64,000 nt of DNA, from the NCBI RefSeq assembly GCF_006345805.1, contig NC_043001.1, forward strand, positions 134,354,001 to 134,418,000, read 5' to 3'. Made by a program: the position numbers and the translations under genes. The notes under the pieces are model-generated. The model was not told the origin of the DNA. It searched no databases and saw only the letters and a program-made list of their open reading frames with translations. Shown piece by piece: positions 24,770-36,672 of the stretch. The stretch's first letter is position 1, and each line of letters starts with the position of its first letter. This DNA is from Octopus sinensis (Eukaryota).

Positions 24770-26484
24770 GGCAATGAAATGAAATCTGTGCCGCCAGTAT
24801 TCCGGCTTATTGTTTCGTCTCTCTCCCCTACTGTTTTTTGTTTTGTTTTGTTTTTTTTTTTTTTTAAATTATTATTGTTTTTTTTTTTAAATCTTTTTTT
24901 GCAAGCTACAGAAAACTTTGACGAGGAAACAACTCTTTTCTCAACAGCATGATGATGATGGCGTTATATGTGTATATATATATATATATATGTATCAATG
25001 AGAAAAGGGTGAAAGGATGGGGAAAATAAGGGGTAAGCGGGCGGTCGGTCGGTCAAAGAAATATGAAAGAAGGGCGGCGGCGACAACGGAGGAGATGGTG
25101 GCAGAGTAGATAATAGTTTCATACGTAATAAGGAGCGCTGCTTATTTTTTAAACGTTTACATATAAACTGAGCGCTCATCAACTCTAATGAAGAAGAAAA
25201 TAAAAAAAGCTGGAATACCGGTAAAGATTAACCAATACACAAGCGTAGTTATTAACAGTGATACGTCGTTCTTAGCTTCAAATATATAGCAGGGTAACCC
25301 AAGTAGTAGATAGATATTGGTGTATATATATATACATACATGTAGATGTATGTATGTATATGTGTTGTAGGAGACCCCTGCAATAGAAAATAGACAGAGT
25401 TTTAGTGGTGGGTTGCCTTTTTTTTTTCTCCAATTGTTATGAAAAAACTGTATGAAATAATAATAACTAAGTTATCTTTCACGGTGGAACAATATATTGT
25501 ATTATTCTCTCAATTTTTTCCCCTTCATTACACTATCTTCCGTATTGCGTTTCTTCCGTCTCCTCCAACTTTATTCCGGAAGAACTAGCTTACGCACGCG
25601 CATTGCCTCAAAAAAAAACAAAACAAGAACAACAAAAAAAAGAGATATTCGCATATAGAGATACGTATACGTATATACAGATAAACATAAACGTGCTCAC
25701 GCAGAGGCACACACATATACGCACGCATTCACTCCGTACGAACCGGAAACAATCAAAGGAGTTTCACTTCCTTTACAAAACAAAGACTAATGTTGTAAAC
25801 ACTAATAAATTTTTGGTATGAATAAAAAGAATAAACTTAATTACTGACATACGATAAAGATTTATAATTTCTGAGAAGGTAACTGAGAAAATCGATTTTC
25901 CTCATATACATATGTGTATGTGTGTGTATGCATACATTCTCGATTTTATGAACGTCATTTACCGATTTAAATGAAATTGAATATTTAGAGATTACAGCTG
26001 TTTTCCCTAATTTATTTATAGAAATATATCATTTCAAGCATGCTAAAATTGTAACTAATTAACGGTATTTTAGATATCACACGCGTATATATATAATATA
26101 TATATATATATACATATACACACGCACACACAAAACGGAATATTCCGATTAGCTACGATTGTTATAAATGAACAAATGTTTGTATTATTTCTTTAAAAAG
26201 AAAAAAAAAATGATAGAATAAGCTAATATTGTCTCAAGCTTTAATACATAAAATCTGATCTAAATTTTAGCCAATGTGAGAATTGAACAATTAGGCTACT
26301 AGAGCAGGTTATCCGATCTGGTGCGGCGGAATATACCGGGAAAATCCGAAAATAATCGGAGCGAATCCAACCGAAGAACAACGACGCCAAAGCAAAAGAT
26401 TACCGCCACGAAGTTGTGAAAAAATTTTTTTTTTTTTTCGTTTTTACTTGAAACCGAACGACGCTGCCTCTGGCCGCAACAGAC

Positions 26485-26512
26485 ATGACAGCCAAGGTCT
26501 CTCCGTCGGACG
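26485..26512 (+). CDS. Candidate alternative first coding exon of USP7 (MTAKVSPSD+1 nt)
   Basis: ATG ACA GCC AAG GTC TCT CCG TCG GAC G|GTGAGT: consensus phase-1 donor, frame-compatible with USP7 exon 2 at 55040; lies in a CpG-rich patch. Confidence 0.4.
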
Positions 26513-26744
26513 GTGAGTATAGAGGATCGCGTATTACTAAAGCGAGCGGCTTACCCAACCTCCCCAAGCATGGTAGGCGGCCATCTTGTTTATTTTTGTT
26601 CATCTTCGACCTGGAAGTGAAGAAATAGAAGAATCCGACTTCAATCCCTCCATTCGCTTCATTTCTACCAGCTTCCAAATCAACAACAAACCTCACATTG
26701 CCTAAATAACAGTTTTTTTCTTTTTTGCCTTCTGCTATATTTGT

Positions 26745-27030
26745 TTTTTACATATAATAATATATATATATATACACCTGTTCAATTTCAAAAAAAAATT
26801 GTCCAACACACATATATATACATATATATATATATATATTATATATATATATATAATATATATATATATATAATACCCTTAGTTCTCTCTCTCTTTCTCT
26901 CCCTCTCTTTCTTTCTCACTCTCTCTCCCTCTCTTTCTTTCTCACTCTCTCTCTTTCTATCTCTTTCTTTCTTTCTTTCCCTCTCTTTCTCTCTCTTTCT
27001 CTCCCTCTCTCTCCCTCTCAACTATATTTA
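26745..27030. repeat. (TA)n and (CT)n-rich low-complexity tract
   Basis: Direct observation. Confidence 0.9.
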
Positions 27031-28340
27031 TGTATACGAAAATATACATGTTTGTTCTTCCACCGTATGTATATATAGGTTGTCGTCCTAAACTAACAAA
27101 TTACAGAGATCGTATACAACATAGCTGACCAAATTTGAGTTTTACTACGCATCTATATAACCAGTTTTTTTTCCTTTTTTTTTCTCTTCCTCTGCCATTG
27201 ACCAAATTCTTTGCACCGATTCCTTATATTTTTCCTTCTAATCTAATCTTCTCCATACTTACACACCAACCAACCAAAACAAGAAAAAAAAATGCCTACT
27301 TTAACTGTTGTAAGTTTCACCCTTTAATGTGGACATTATTGGCAAAATTAGTTCAGTACCTAACTGTGTGGGAAAAGCAGAAAAATCACAGAAAACATCT
27401 TTCTGATATATATTTACCATTCATTTATTTACATAGGTGTCTTATCTGGAGACATCATCTCACACAGATATCTCCATTTGTTATTAGTTTACACACATAG
27501 CCACATACTTATACACATATATACTATATATACACTATATATATATACTATATATAGCTGTATCTATCTATCTCTATGTGTATTTTATGTGTGGAGCAAT
27601 AATAGTAGGACATTTAAGTTGATATTGCTCTCTCTTCTCTCTTCAAAAGCTTTCCTCTCAAGAACATTCTTACCTTCCATAAGTATTAAGAGAACATTTT
27701 TCCAGCAACGTAGTTTATTATCCAAACTAATTCTAATACATTTGATTTATATTTATATCTTTAACCATTGAGATTATCTCGTCATATTCTTTCCTAATTA
27801 CCGTTGCAACCTGCATTTGTCTGTATTAATATTTAGTATTATTCTATTATATAATAATTATTGACAGTATTAATTAATTTGAAAGCAAGTCATTTCTCAT
27901 TAATTTTACTGTTGTTGACTGAAATTGCAAACATAAACACACCTACACTTTATACACATATTTGCATACCTAAAATAAACACACATAAATTCAAATTTTA
28001 CACACACACACACACATATATATATATATCTACATATATATCCACATATCCACACAAGCACTTTATCTTTTTTCCCCTTTGCTCGGTCGATCGTTTCCCC
28101 CCCTCCCCCTCCACACAGGGGGGAAACCTTTTTCATTAATTTGTTCGCCTACTTAAAAAAAAACTTAGCCGGGAGTGCTTTGTCCCTTCCCCCGTGGTGG
28201 AAGGGGTCTGAAATACTGCAGACATTGGGCGCATCACCAGTAAACACGTCAAAGTGACTGTGTCGCAGAAAAGTCCTTCGACTCCGAGGCGAGAACATCG
28301 CCATAAGACGGTCACTGGAGGCGCTGGCGAGGAGGACACG

Positions 28341-28452
28341 ATGAACCATGTTAATGGCAAGACGACAGACACACAGGAGGCTGAGCAGCCACTACTGCAC
28401 CACCAACAACCACAACAACAACCGCAGGATGTTGAGATGGAATCCAGAGAGG
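28341..28452 (+). CDS. USP7: Ubiquitin carboxyl-terminal hydrolase 7, coding exon 1
   Basis: MNHVNGKTTDTQEAEQPLLHHQQPQQQPQDVEMESRE resembles human MNHQQQQQQQ...EDMEMEA; phase-1 donor G|GTTAGC. Confidence 0.8.
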
Positions 28453-29649
28453 GTTAGCAAATAATATATTTATATATATATATATACACACATACATATA
28501 TACACATATATAAACATATACATCTCATCTCATTCTCATCTCATCTCATAGTATTTTTCATTTTTTTTTTTCAAACCATTTCAGTTTTAATGTTTCAATC
28601 ATTATTGCTACTGTTTCTTTGTTGTTGTTATTCTATCTATTCTTCATATGTAAATATTTTCCAGAATGTTTTTTATATTTTTCCCATTTATTTTAAGAAA
28701 GGAAGGAAGGAGGATCAGTTTTGAAGTGTGAAGTCATCTTTTTTTTCCCCCTTTCCCAAAACTTCTCTTTTTTCCCATCTTTATATAAATCTCTCATCAT
28801 CTCTGTATATTATTTTCATCTTACCCATAATCTCTTCTTTATTAATTTTCCTCCCCATTTAATAGAAACCAAACCAGTAAAAAAATGCATTTGCAATAAA
28901 TAATAAATAAATAATATATGATGGAGTAATCTCATCCAGCCATGGTAGAAGAGAGAAAATAGGGGGGGACGAAATGGTTACAATGTGAGGGACCTGTATT
29001 ACATGAACACAGTATACAAAACCGGTCCCCCACTTTTTAACCAGCTATTAAATAACATTGCACCGGTCATTCCGTTTCCAATTTGCTATTTAATACTCTT
29101 TACATTTTAAAGTATTTTCCCAGTTTATTTCCTTTTTAAAACCTGCATTGTCAATAAAGATCCATTTATTTACTTTTATTTCAAACCCAGCCAAGAACGC
29201 TCCATCTTTTTTCTCCATTATTCGTAGACGTCTCTCTCTTGTAAAATCTCTCTCTCATCTTTTTAGTCCTCCCCATATAATTATTATTACCATTGAATTC
29301 CTTATATATTTCCCCCTCATCGATCGATCAATGGAAACTTTAGTTTCATTGCTCACTTCATTGCACATTGCCCGATGTTTATACGCATACATGTATGCGT
29401 GTATATATATATATACACACATATATATATACATACATACACACCACGTATATATATACGTTAGAAATGAAAACGCCTGTCCTTTTATATTTGAACTAAA
29501 ACCACCGATTCATGTGATGTTAGTGTTTTATTTCGTCGATTTTATCCGTGAAACATTTATATACCATATTTATGTATAACCATTTATTTTGCTTGGACAT
29601 CCTCCCCCCCTCCTCCATCTGGCCTCCATTTTCTATTTAATGTTTGGTT

Positions 29650-29682
29650 AAAGATGCGTAAAGGTGTGTGTGTGTATGTATA

Positions 29683-29721
<39 letters not shown>

Positions 29722-30060
29722 TTATGTTTTCCAGTTTCAGCTCTTGAGCTGTGGCCATGCTGGGGCACCGCCATATATATGTGTGTGTGTATATATATGT
29801 GTGTGTGTGTATATATATGTGTGTGTGTATGTATATATATATATATGTGTGTGTGTGTATGTATATATGTGTGTGTATGTATGTGTGTGTGTGTGTATGT
29901 ATGTATGTGTGTGTATGTATGTGTGTGTGTGTATGTATGTGTGTGTGTGTGTATGTATGTATATGTGTGTGTATGTATGTATATGTGTGTGTATATATAT
30001 ATGTGTGTGAGTGTATATATATGTGTGTGTGTGTGTATATATATATATAAATACACATGC
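29650..30060. repeat. Long (TG)/(TA)/(TATG) microsatellite enclosing a short family A SINE tail (~29725-29772)
   Basis: Direct observation; GCTGTGGCCATGCTGGGGCACCGCC matches the SINE A tail in reverse. Confidence 0.85.
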
Positions 30061-33000
30061 ACACGCAATAAATATGGTTGTTGCTTTAGATAGTGATTTA
30101 ATTAATCCAGCTACATGGTTGTTACCGAGAAGAAACAAGTCTACACAATTATAAGTGACTACCGTTATATGTCTGTACACCATCATTGTACTTACTGTTG
30201 GCCATTTCTCGACAACGAACAGCATATATTTAAAGAATTTAAGATCTGATGTGAGCCAGAAGATGTTGTGAACTTTCTGTATTACTATTATTATTATGAT
30301 TGTATCTGCGACATAACCATCTTTCTCCTTCACCGACCATTGGGGAGGAAACAGTGGAACAGCTTGTTCTTTTTACCAACACAATCCATTTAAATTTCTC
30401 TCTTACATGTTGGTTTTTCTTTACATTGCAATTAAAATAGTTGGTATTTCCAACATTAAGACGTTCCTCCATGCATTCTATTTGTTCATTGCCATGTGGC
30501 AAATGCCCTGAAATGTGCATTTATTTAACAATTATAAACTGAACTTCATATTAAAATAACCACGTTGCTTTTTATTATATTATAAGAGAACAATAGCTTC
30601 CGGACGGTTCAGTATTTACGAAATAAAACCATCCTAGAATAAACATCTCAGCATATCTATATATATATATATATAGATATAAACACGTAACAAACCTTTA
30701 CAATTAAGCTTTTCATAAAAATTAATAGGACATGATTTTTTTTTCATATATATATAGAGAGAGAGATTATGTCGTTGAAAGATATTGTTTCAGTTTTCAT
30801 ACTTCGGATAGAAAATTTGCCTGAAATAGGAGAAAAAAAATTATATCACTTTTACTCTTAATTTCATATTTGAAGATTTTACGAAATCAGTTTACCTGAC
30901 ATTTGTAACTGATCAACTTCAGTTACCTTAATTGAAAAAAATTATAAATCTTGTTTTTGCTATCATAGTTTTGTAAATAAGTTTGTCACTGTTTTCTAAA
31001 CGTAAAATTCAATTCTTTTTCAAATTTATATTTTTATTGTAGTTCTTTAGAAAGCTGTGTTTTATATTATGTAGAGCAGGGTGAAGGCTTATATATATGA
31101 AGCCGTGATTAAATAATGTTATATTAAATGCTATTAACAGCTGTAGATAGTTGACAGATTACCTTTATTTATAGTCACATAAAAAACATAACGAAACTCT
31201 TCATAAAATTTAAGTTGGATAAAGAACACCTTGTACGAATCAGTTGAACTTTCGTCTCCATTTATTTGTAGCTACTAATGTTTCCCCTTGTCTCGTAGGA
31301 TCTTAGAAGTTAATTTAAGAAAGCTATTGCTACATCACAGTAACTTGTGCTCTAGTTGGGTTTTTTTTTTCCATATCTGCAGCATGTATTTGTGTATATA
31401 AAACACCATGATAAATTAGGTATTAGCCAGGCATGTACAGTGGCTCGTGCTGATCTGATATATGCACTCAAAGCCTATCTAGAATATCTTCAGGAAAAAT
31501 AGAAGCAGGGTTCGAATAACACTGAACTCTGTTAAAGGTAGTCAAGAACCACAGTAATATTCACATTCATTTTTCTAGTCTTATATATAGACTTTGAACA
31601 ATCCATGGGAGTTCTCCAATAAAGGTCACCTGTTAGAAATAGCAAACCTCCCTCAAATCACTCTCTATAGCCTTAAATAAAAGGCTAATTTGTTCATAGA
31701 TCACATAAGGACAGCACTATATAAGCCTATTGATTCTTAACTAAACTTAATTTTGTCACAAAAGTTTGTTCGAGTCATTGTTGCTTGGTATTAAGTATTG
31801 AATGAGAATAAAGAAAAAGTTTCCATAAGGTTACTGAACAAAATAATGTGAGCTTAGTTCTGTGTCTGCTCTGTCAACCTGAACAGAGTAGTCATATAGA
31901 ATACGTTTCACAATAGCTAGAGCAAGATTGTTTTCATGAGTTTGGGCCAAATGGTTTTGCTATTGGATGTTTTTGGAACCACTTTAAATAAGAATTTGAA
32001 GTAGAACCTGTTTGTCAACCAGAAGCAATTTTTTTTAACCCAAGTGCAAGTGACTAGTTGTAGTCGAGTTGAAACTCTTGACCATAGTTCAACAGCACTG
32101 TAACCTTACACAAACTATTTGACCTTATTTTACCCAGAATTGATTTTTCAAGGTATTAATTTGGAATATAAAAAGTTCCTCAGAAAGTAAACAAAGGATA
32201 TTGGTTTCTGTATAAATAGACAGTACTAGAATTTTGTTTATTGTTCAGTTATTGCCATGGTTACCTCAAGTTATAAATCATCTAGTGAAACTGCTTGTCT
32301 GAAGTTTTCTGACACTGCTGTGTAGCAGTCTCTCTATTATCAGTTCATTGACCTACTTGCTGCTGTCAACACCTTTCCTCATTCTTTTGCCAGAGCTATT
32401 AAATGCAGAGTGAATATCTACAAAACATCCCATAATGTGAATTTGATCATTTAAGTTTCATTTGACAAAAATACATCAGCTTCATACAAACTTCCGGCAT
32501 TGTCCTCTCAACTAAGTACTCCCACATGCCTCAGCAATACTAAACTTATTCTTTCTGATAACCTTTCATAGAGGCCCTACATTCTTTACATTAGCCAAGC
32601 CAACCATTAAAGACTGCAGACCCTAAATTTACTATACAAGTACAGTCACACATTCAGGATGTCTGTAGCATAGATTCTTCAACCACTGGCTTTACTACAA
32701 TCTGTGTCCTTACATTGTCTTTTCTACTATAGTTATCCCTTCATAGTGTTGTTCATTTGGTAGCTGTTGTTTGTAACCAATTTTCTGATATTCAGCCAAC
32801 GTGTCTTCCCTTTTAATAGGAAACGAGCCAGTTGTTGGTGTCTTTCTCACAAAAATTGAACTGTTTTAATCCAATAGCTCATTTCGTAATTTTACACTGT
32901 AGCTATTTGTTTACAGTAGTGGTACCTTCATAGAGCTAAATAGGTGGGCAATTGAAAAAATAAAATGTTTTGACCACAGCACAGGAGCGATGAAAGACAC

Positions 33001-33219
33001 CAGTTTCTCAGCTGGTTAACTAGTACAATTTTTTTAAATTTTCACTCTCATCATCAGTACTTTCTTCCCCCTCTGTTCATTTAGATTTCATACTAAATCT
33101 CTATAAGAACTGCTTCTTTCTAAAATCAGCTTCATATTCACAAATCTCTCTTTCAAATTGAATATCAGCTACACTCACCTTGCCAAATATCTTACTATCC
33201 CTTTTCTTGTTTTGGGGAT

Positions 33220-33476
33220 TTAAACAGGCTACAACCATAATCTTACTAACCAGTATAGATACATAAAATTGTCAAAATTGACTTAAACAGGCTACAACCA
33301 TAATCTTACTAACCAGTATAGATACATAAAATTGTCAAAATTGACTTAAACAGGCTACAACCATAATCTTACTAACCAGTATAGATACATAAAATTGTCA
33401 AAATTGACTTAAACAGGCTACAACCATAATCTTACTAACCAGTATAGATACATAAAATTGTCAAAATTGACTTAAA
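33220..33476. repeat. Perfect 63-bp tandem repeat, 4 copies
   Basis: Unit TTAAACAGGCTACAACCATAATCTTACTAACCAGTATAGATACATAAAATTGTCAAAATTGAC starts at 33220, 33283, 33346 and 33409. Confidence 0.95.
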
Positions 33477-34908
33477 TTGAATTAGATTACAGCTTCTCTT
33501 TCACAAAAAGTATTTTAGGATTAAAAAATCAAACGATTTTTATTCAGAAGCTGAATTCAATCTAAGATATATTTCTAAATACTCTTGTCTTAACATTTTT
33601 TAAGACAACTCTAATTGAAAATTATTTTTGATACTTAAAAAATTACATGTTGTGAGGTGGTGGTGAGTTTCCAGTAAATTTAGTATATCTTATAAAGCCT
33701 GTTATTATTGTTTTTCAAATTTTATAGTCTTTCCCAAATTCATAACACCTGTAAAATCTGCAACAAAGAATATCCTTGATATCTTGACAAGGGAAAGTTT
33801 TAATTGTGAAGACATAGTGAACCAGTATTAAGTAGGATGTTCTTGTCATTTTTTACTTTCATTCTACACCATTGTTTGTGATGAATGAATTCATATCTTT
33901 AGATTTTTACCAGTGGTCATTTAGCTAGTATCTAAAATTCTGTCCATTTGAATGTTACCAATGTTTACTTAACCATTTTGTTACCATATTCCAGTTTAAA
34001 TGTGATTGCTTTGTTTTGGTTAACTTTGAAAATAATTTAGTGAAATAACTCGTTAATCTGGTGTTTGGAACATAAATTAACGTGAAATTTTGATGGAAGA
34101 TTTCTATTTAGATCACTTAAAAATAATGAATTAGTTTCAGAGAACTAGGGGACAGTTTAAAAAAACAATAAATCATTCGTTCTTAAGGGTTGAGTAATTA
34201 GTATTGAAAAATATCCAAAATTTATTTTTGATATCACTGGCAATTTTATGATAAAGTTTTAGCATAAAACATGAAAAATATACCCTCCTTTGCATCATGT
34301 TCTTTTTTTTTTCTCATTGCAAGCAAACTAAATATTATCAAAATCAGTGGTTTTTAGACATCGTTACCTCATTGATTGATTGTTTGTTTTTTCTTAGAAA
34401 ATTCCTTCTCATTATAACTCCAACCCCCACCTCCCTCCCATACACATACAACTCAATGTTTGTGATTGTTGAGTCTTTTACAAAAAACTCTTCTCTTTTG
34501 CAAGATCTTAAGTTTTTTGTTTTGTTTTATTTTTAGTGCACTTTCTGTTATTGACTACACACCTCACCAACTCTGTTTCTTTGCTGGTTATTGTCAAACA
34601 TTTTATTCTTTCATTGCTTTCTTTGTCTTTTTAAATGTTTTATATCTCCGCTTTAAAGATTGTTACTACCTTATAATTACCTTCTTTGTTCCTTTCTATC
34701 ATATAACTCATTAGGTACAGTAGACATTTGCTTCAAATATTCTGCAAGGATTTAATACCTTTTGTTTCTGCTCGTCAGAAATGTCTTATTTATTTGTATA
34801 TCTGCTTTATGTCATACTCTGCTTTCTCAGATGGACAGATTTTGTTAAATTTGAAAGTCAGATATGTATCTCCTTTATCAGAAAGTGAATGATATGTGAA
34901 ACAAAAAG

Positions 34909-35200
34909 TAGGCATGACTGTATGGTTAAGAGGCTTGCTTTGCAACCATATGGTTTCAAGTTCAGTCCTACTTCACAGATAACTCTAGACTGACTCATGC
35001 CTTGCATGTATATATATGTGTGTGAATGTGTTTGTCTTTGTCCCCCAACTACTTGGCTTGTTGATGCTTCCATGACTTAGCAATTTGGCTGTAAAAACCA
35101 ATAGAATAAGACCATACTTGAAAATATTGGGTTTGGTTTTACTAAAACCTTTTGAAGATGGTGACCCAACATGGCCATAGTCCAATGACTGAAACAAGTA
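34909..35200 (+). mobile_element. Degenerate SINE, family A
   Basis: Diverged head and tail (GGCCATAGTCCAATGACTGAAACAAG). Confidence 0.65.
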
Positions 35201-36330
35201 GAAGAAAAAACGAATTTCTTAGATTACGATGTTTGAAAAGCAGATTTTCTGTATATATCCATACATAAATTTTCTATTTTCATCATGCAAAATCTAAGGA
35301 TATTACTCTATTCTCTTTCTCTAAATATTCCAAATATCTTAATTTCTACATATTTTTTTTTAATATGCCATTTTACAACTCTAATCAGGACTTTGGAACC
35401 AGTACAGTACACAAAACCTTCAACTCTGCATCCTTTATTTGTAATTAAACTAATCATGTTATATTGATTGAAAGCACACCAATTATGCCACTTATTAGCA
35501 CCTTAACCTTTTGAGGTGTAAAGGCTATAGCTATGTTAAGGGTTTTTAATATTTATTGAAGAAGTTACAAATACTTCAGACAAAATTTTTAAAGGGCTAC
35601 TTTTATCAAAAGCCCATAAAAAAAGGATATAATAGAAATAAACTATAAAAATACTATAAAATAGTCTATATCAATTAAATCTGTAATACTAAACATCTAC
35701 AAAAACTTGAGCATTTTAAATTAAACGTAATATTTCTCCCTTCCTTTTCACTATTAACACATTTGAAACCTTGACATGGCAGTTTGCATTTTTATAAACT
35801 CTGCTTCCAAGTTAGCAATCCAGTAATTACTTCCAACTCTACAGCCCTCAGTAATAAACTTTCTTTTCTTGGATTGTCTATTATCATTAGACTGAAATAT
35901 TGTTTCTGACAACCTTAGAATTTCTTTGCAAGATGATTCTCCTTTCCAATATTTTTCATGCACACACACACACCATGCATTTGGTCCACACTATATTTAT
36001 TGCTGTACAGGGATTATTTCTTTTTCTGTCATGTTATGGTGACATGAAATTTGTACATTGCTCTCTTCTCTTTAGTTTTTTTTGTTTTTTTTTTTACCAT
36101 CCAAATTTTTTGTAGTTTTCTTCCCTTTAATAAATCTGTTTTCGATTTATTTACAATTTCATATATAATTTTCATCCCATTTTTTTATTAGAATTTCTAT
36201 TTCATTATGTAAAAAAGTGTTTGTTGAAGAGAAGCAAAATAAGGCAGAATGGTTATTAGTTCATACTTCACACAACCTAACTGGGGAAAAAGTCATTGAA
36301 AATAGGTGTTCTGATGTGTGTGTGTGTGCA

Positions 36331-36672
36331 AGCATGGCTGCGTGGTCAAGTTTGCTTCCCAATCACATGATGTTGGGTTCAGTTTTACTGCATGGCATCT
36401 TGGGCAATTCTTTTATTGTAGCCCCTGGCTGGCCAAAGACTTGCATGAAAATGGTTAATAGAAACTAAAAGAGGCCTGTTATGTGTGTATAAGTGTATAG
36501 TCGTATCTCCTTGTTTATGATATTGTGTGACTATTGTAAAAGAATCGCTCATTTCCAATATACCAAAAATGGTGTGGCTTGGGAGCAGGTAAGGATTGGC
36601 AACAGGAAGGGAGGGCATCCAGCTGTAAGAAAAAAATCTGCTTCAATAAATTCAGCCCAACTCCTGCAATTA
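36331..36672 (+). mobile_element. SINE family E: family A-like tRNA head/core with RTE-type tail
   Basis: Head GCATGGCTGCGTGG...GGTTCAG...CATCTTGGGCAA; tail TTGGCAACAGGAAGG...GCATCCAGCTGTA; related copies at ~41982-42358 (-) and ~47330-47625 (+). Confidence 0.6.

Larger units (their letters stand above)
24770..28340. promoter_or_regulatory. Divergent promoter/5' UTR region between HAPSTR1 and USP7
   Basis: 3.57 kb between the two ATGs; CpG-containing patches at ~25050-25180, 26310-26700 and 28080-28340 in an AT-rich background; YY1-like GGCGGCCATCTTG (26576-26588); ETS-like CTGGAAGTG (26611-26619). Confidence 0.55.

Noticed and set aside
24557-24952. 131-aa plus-strand ORF overlapping HAPSTR1 exon 1
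   Set aside because: Antisense shadow of the real exon plus poly-T low complexity.
29637-30333. Long overlapping ORFs rich in H/T/Y/I or C/V/M
   Set aside because: Artefacts of TG/TA microsatellites.
33220-33476. CRISPR-like array
   Set aside because: Head-to-tail identical units with no spacers, in a eukaryotic intron.
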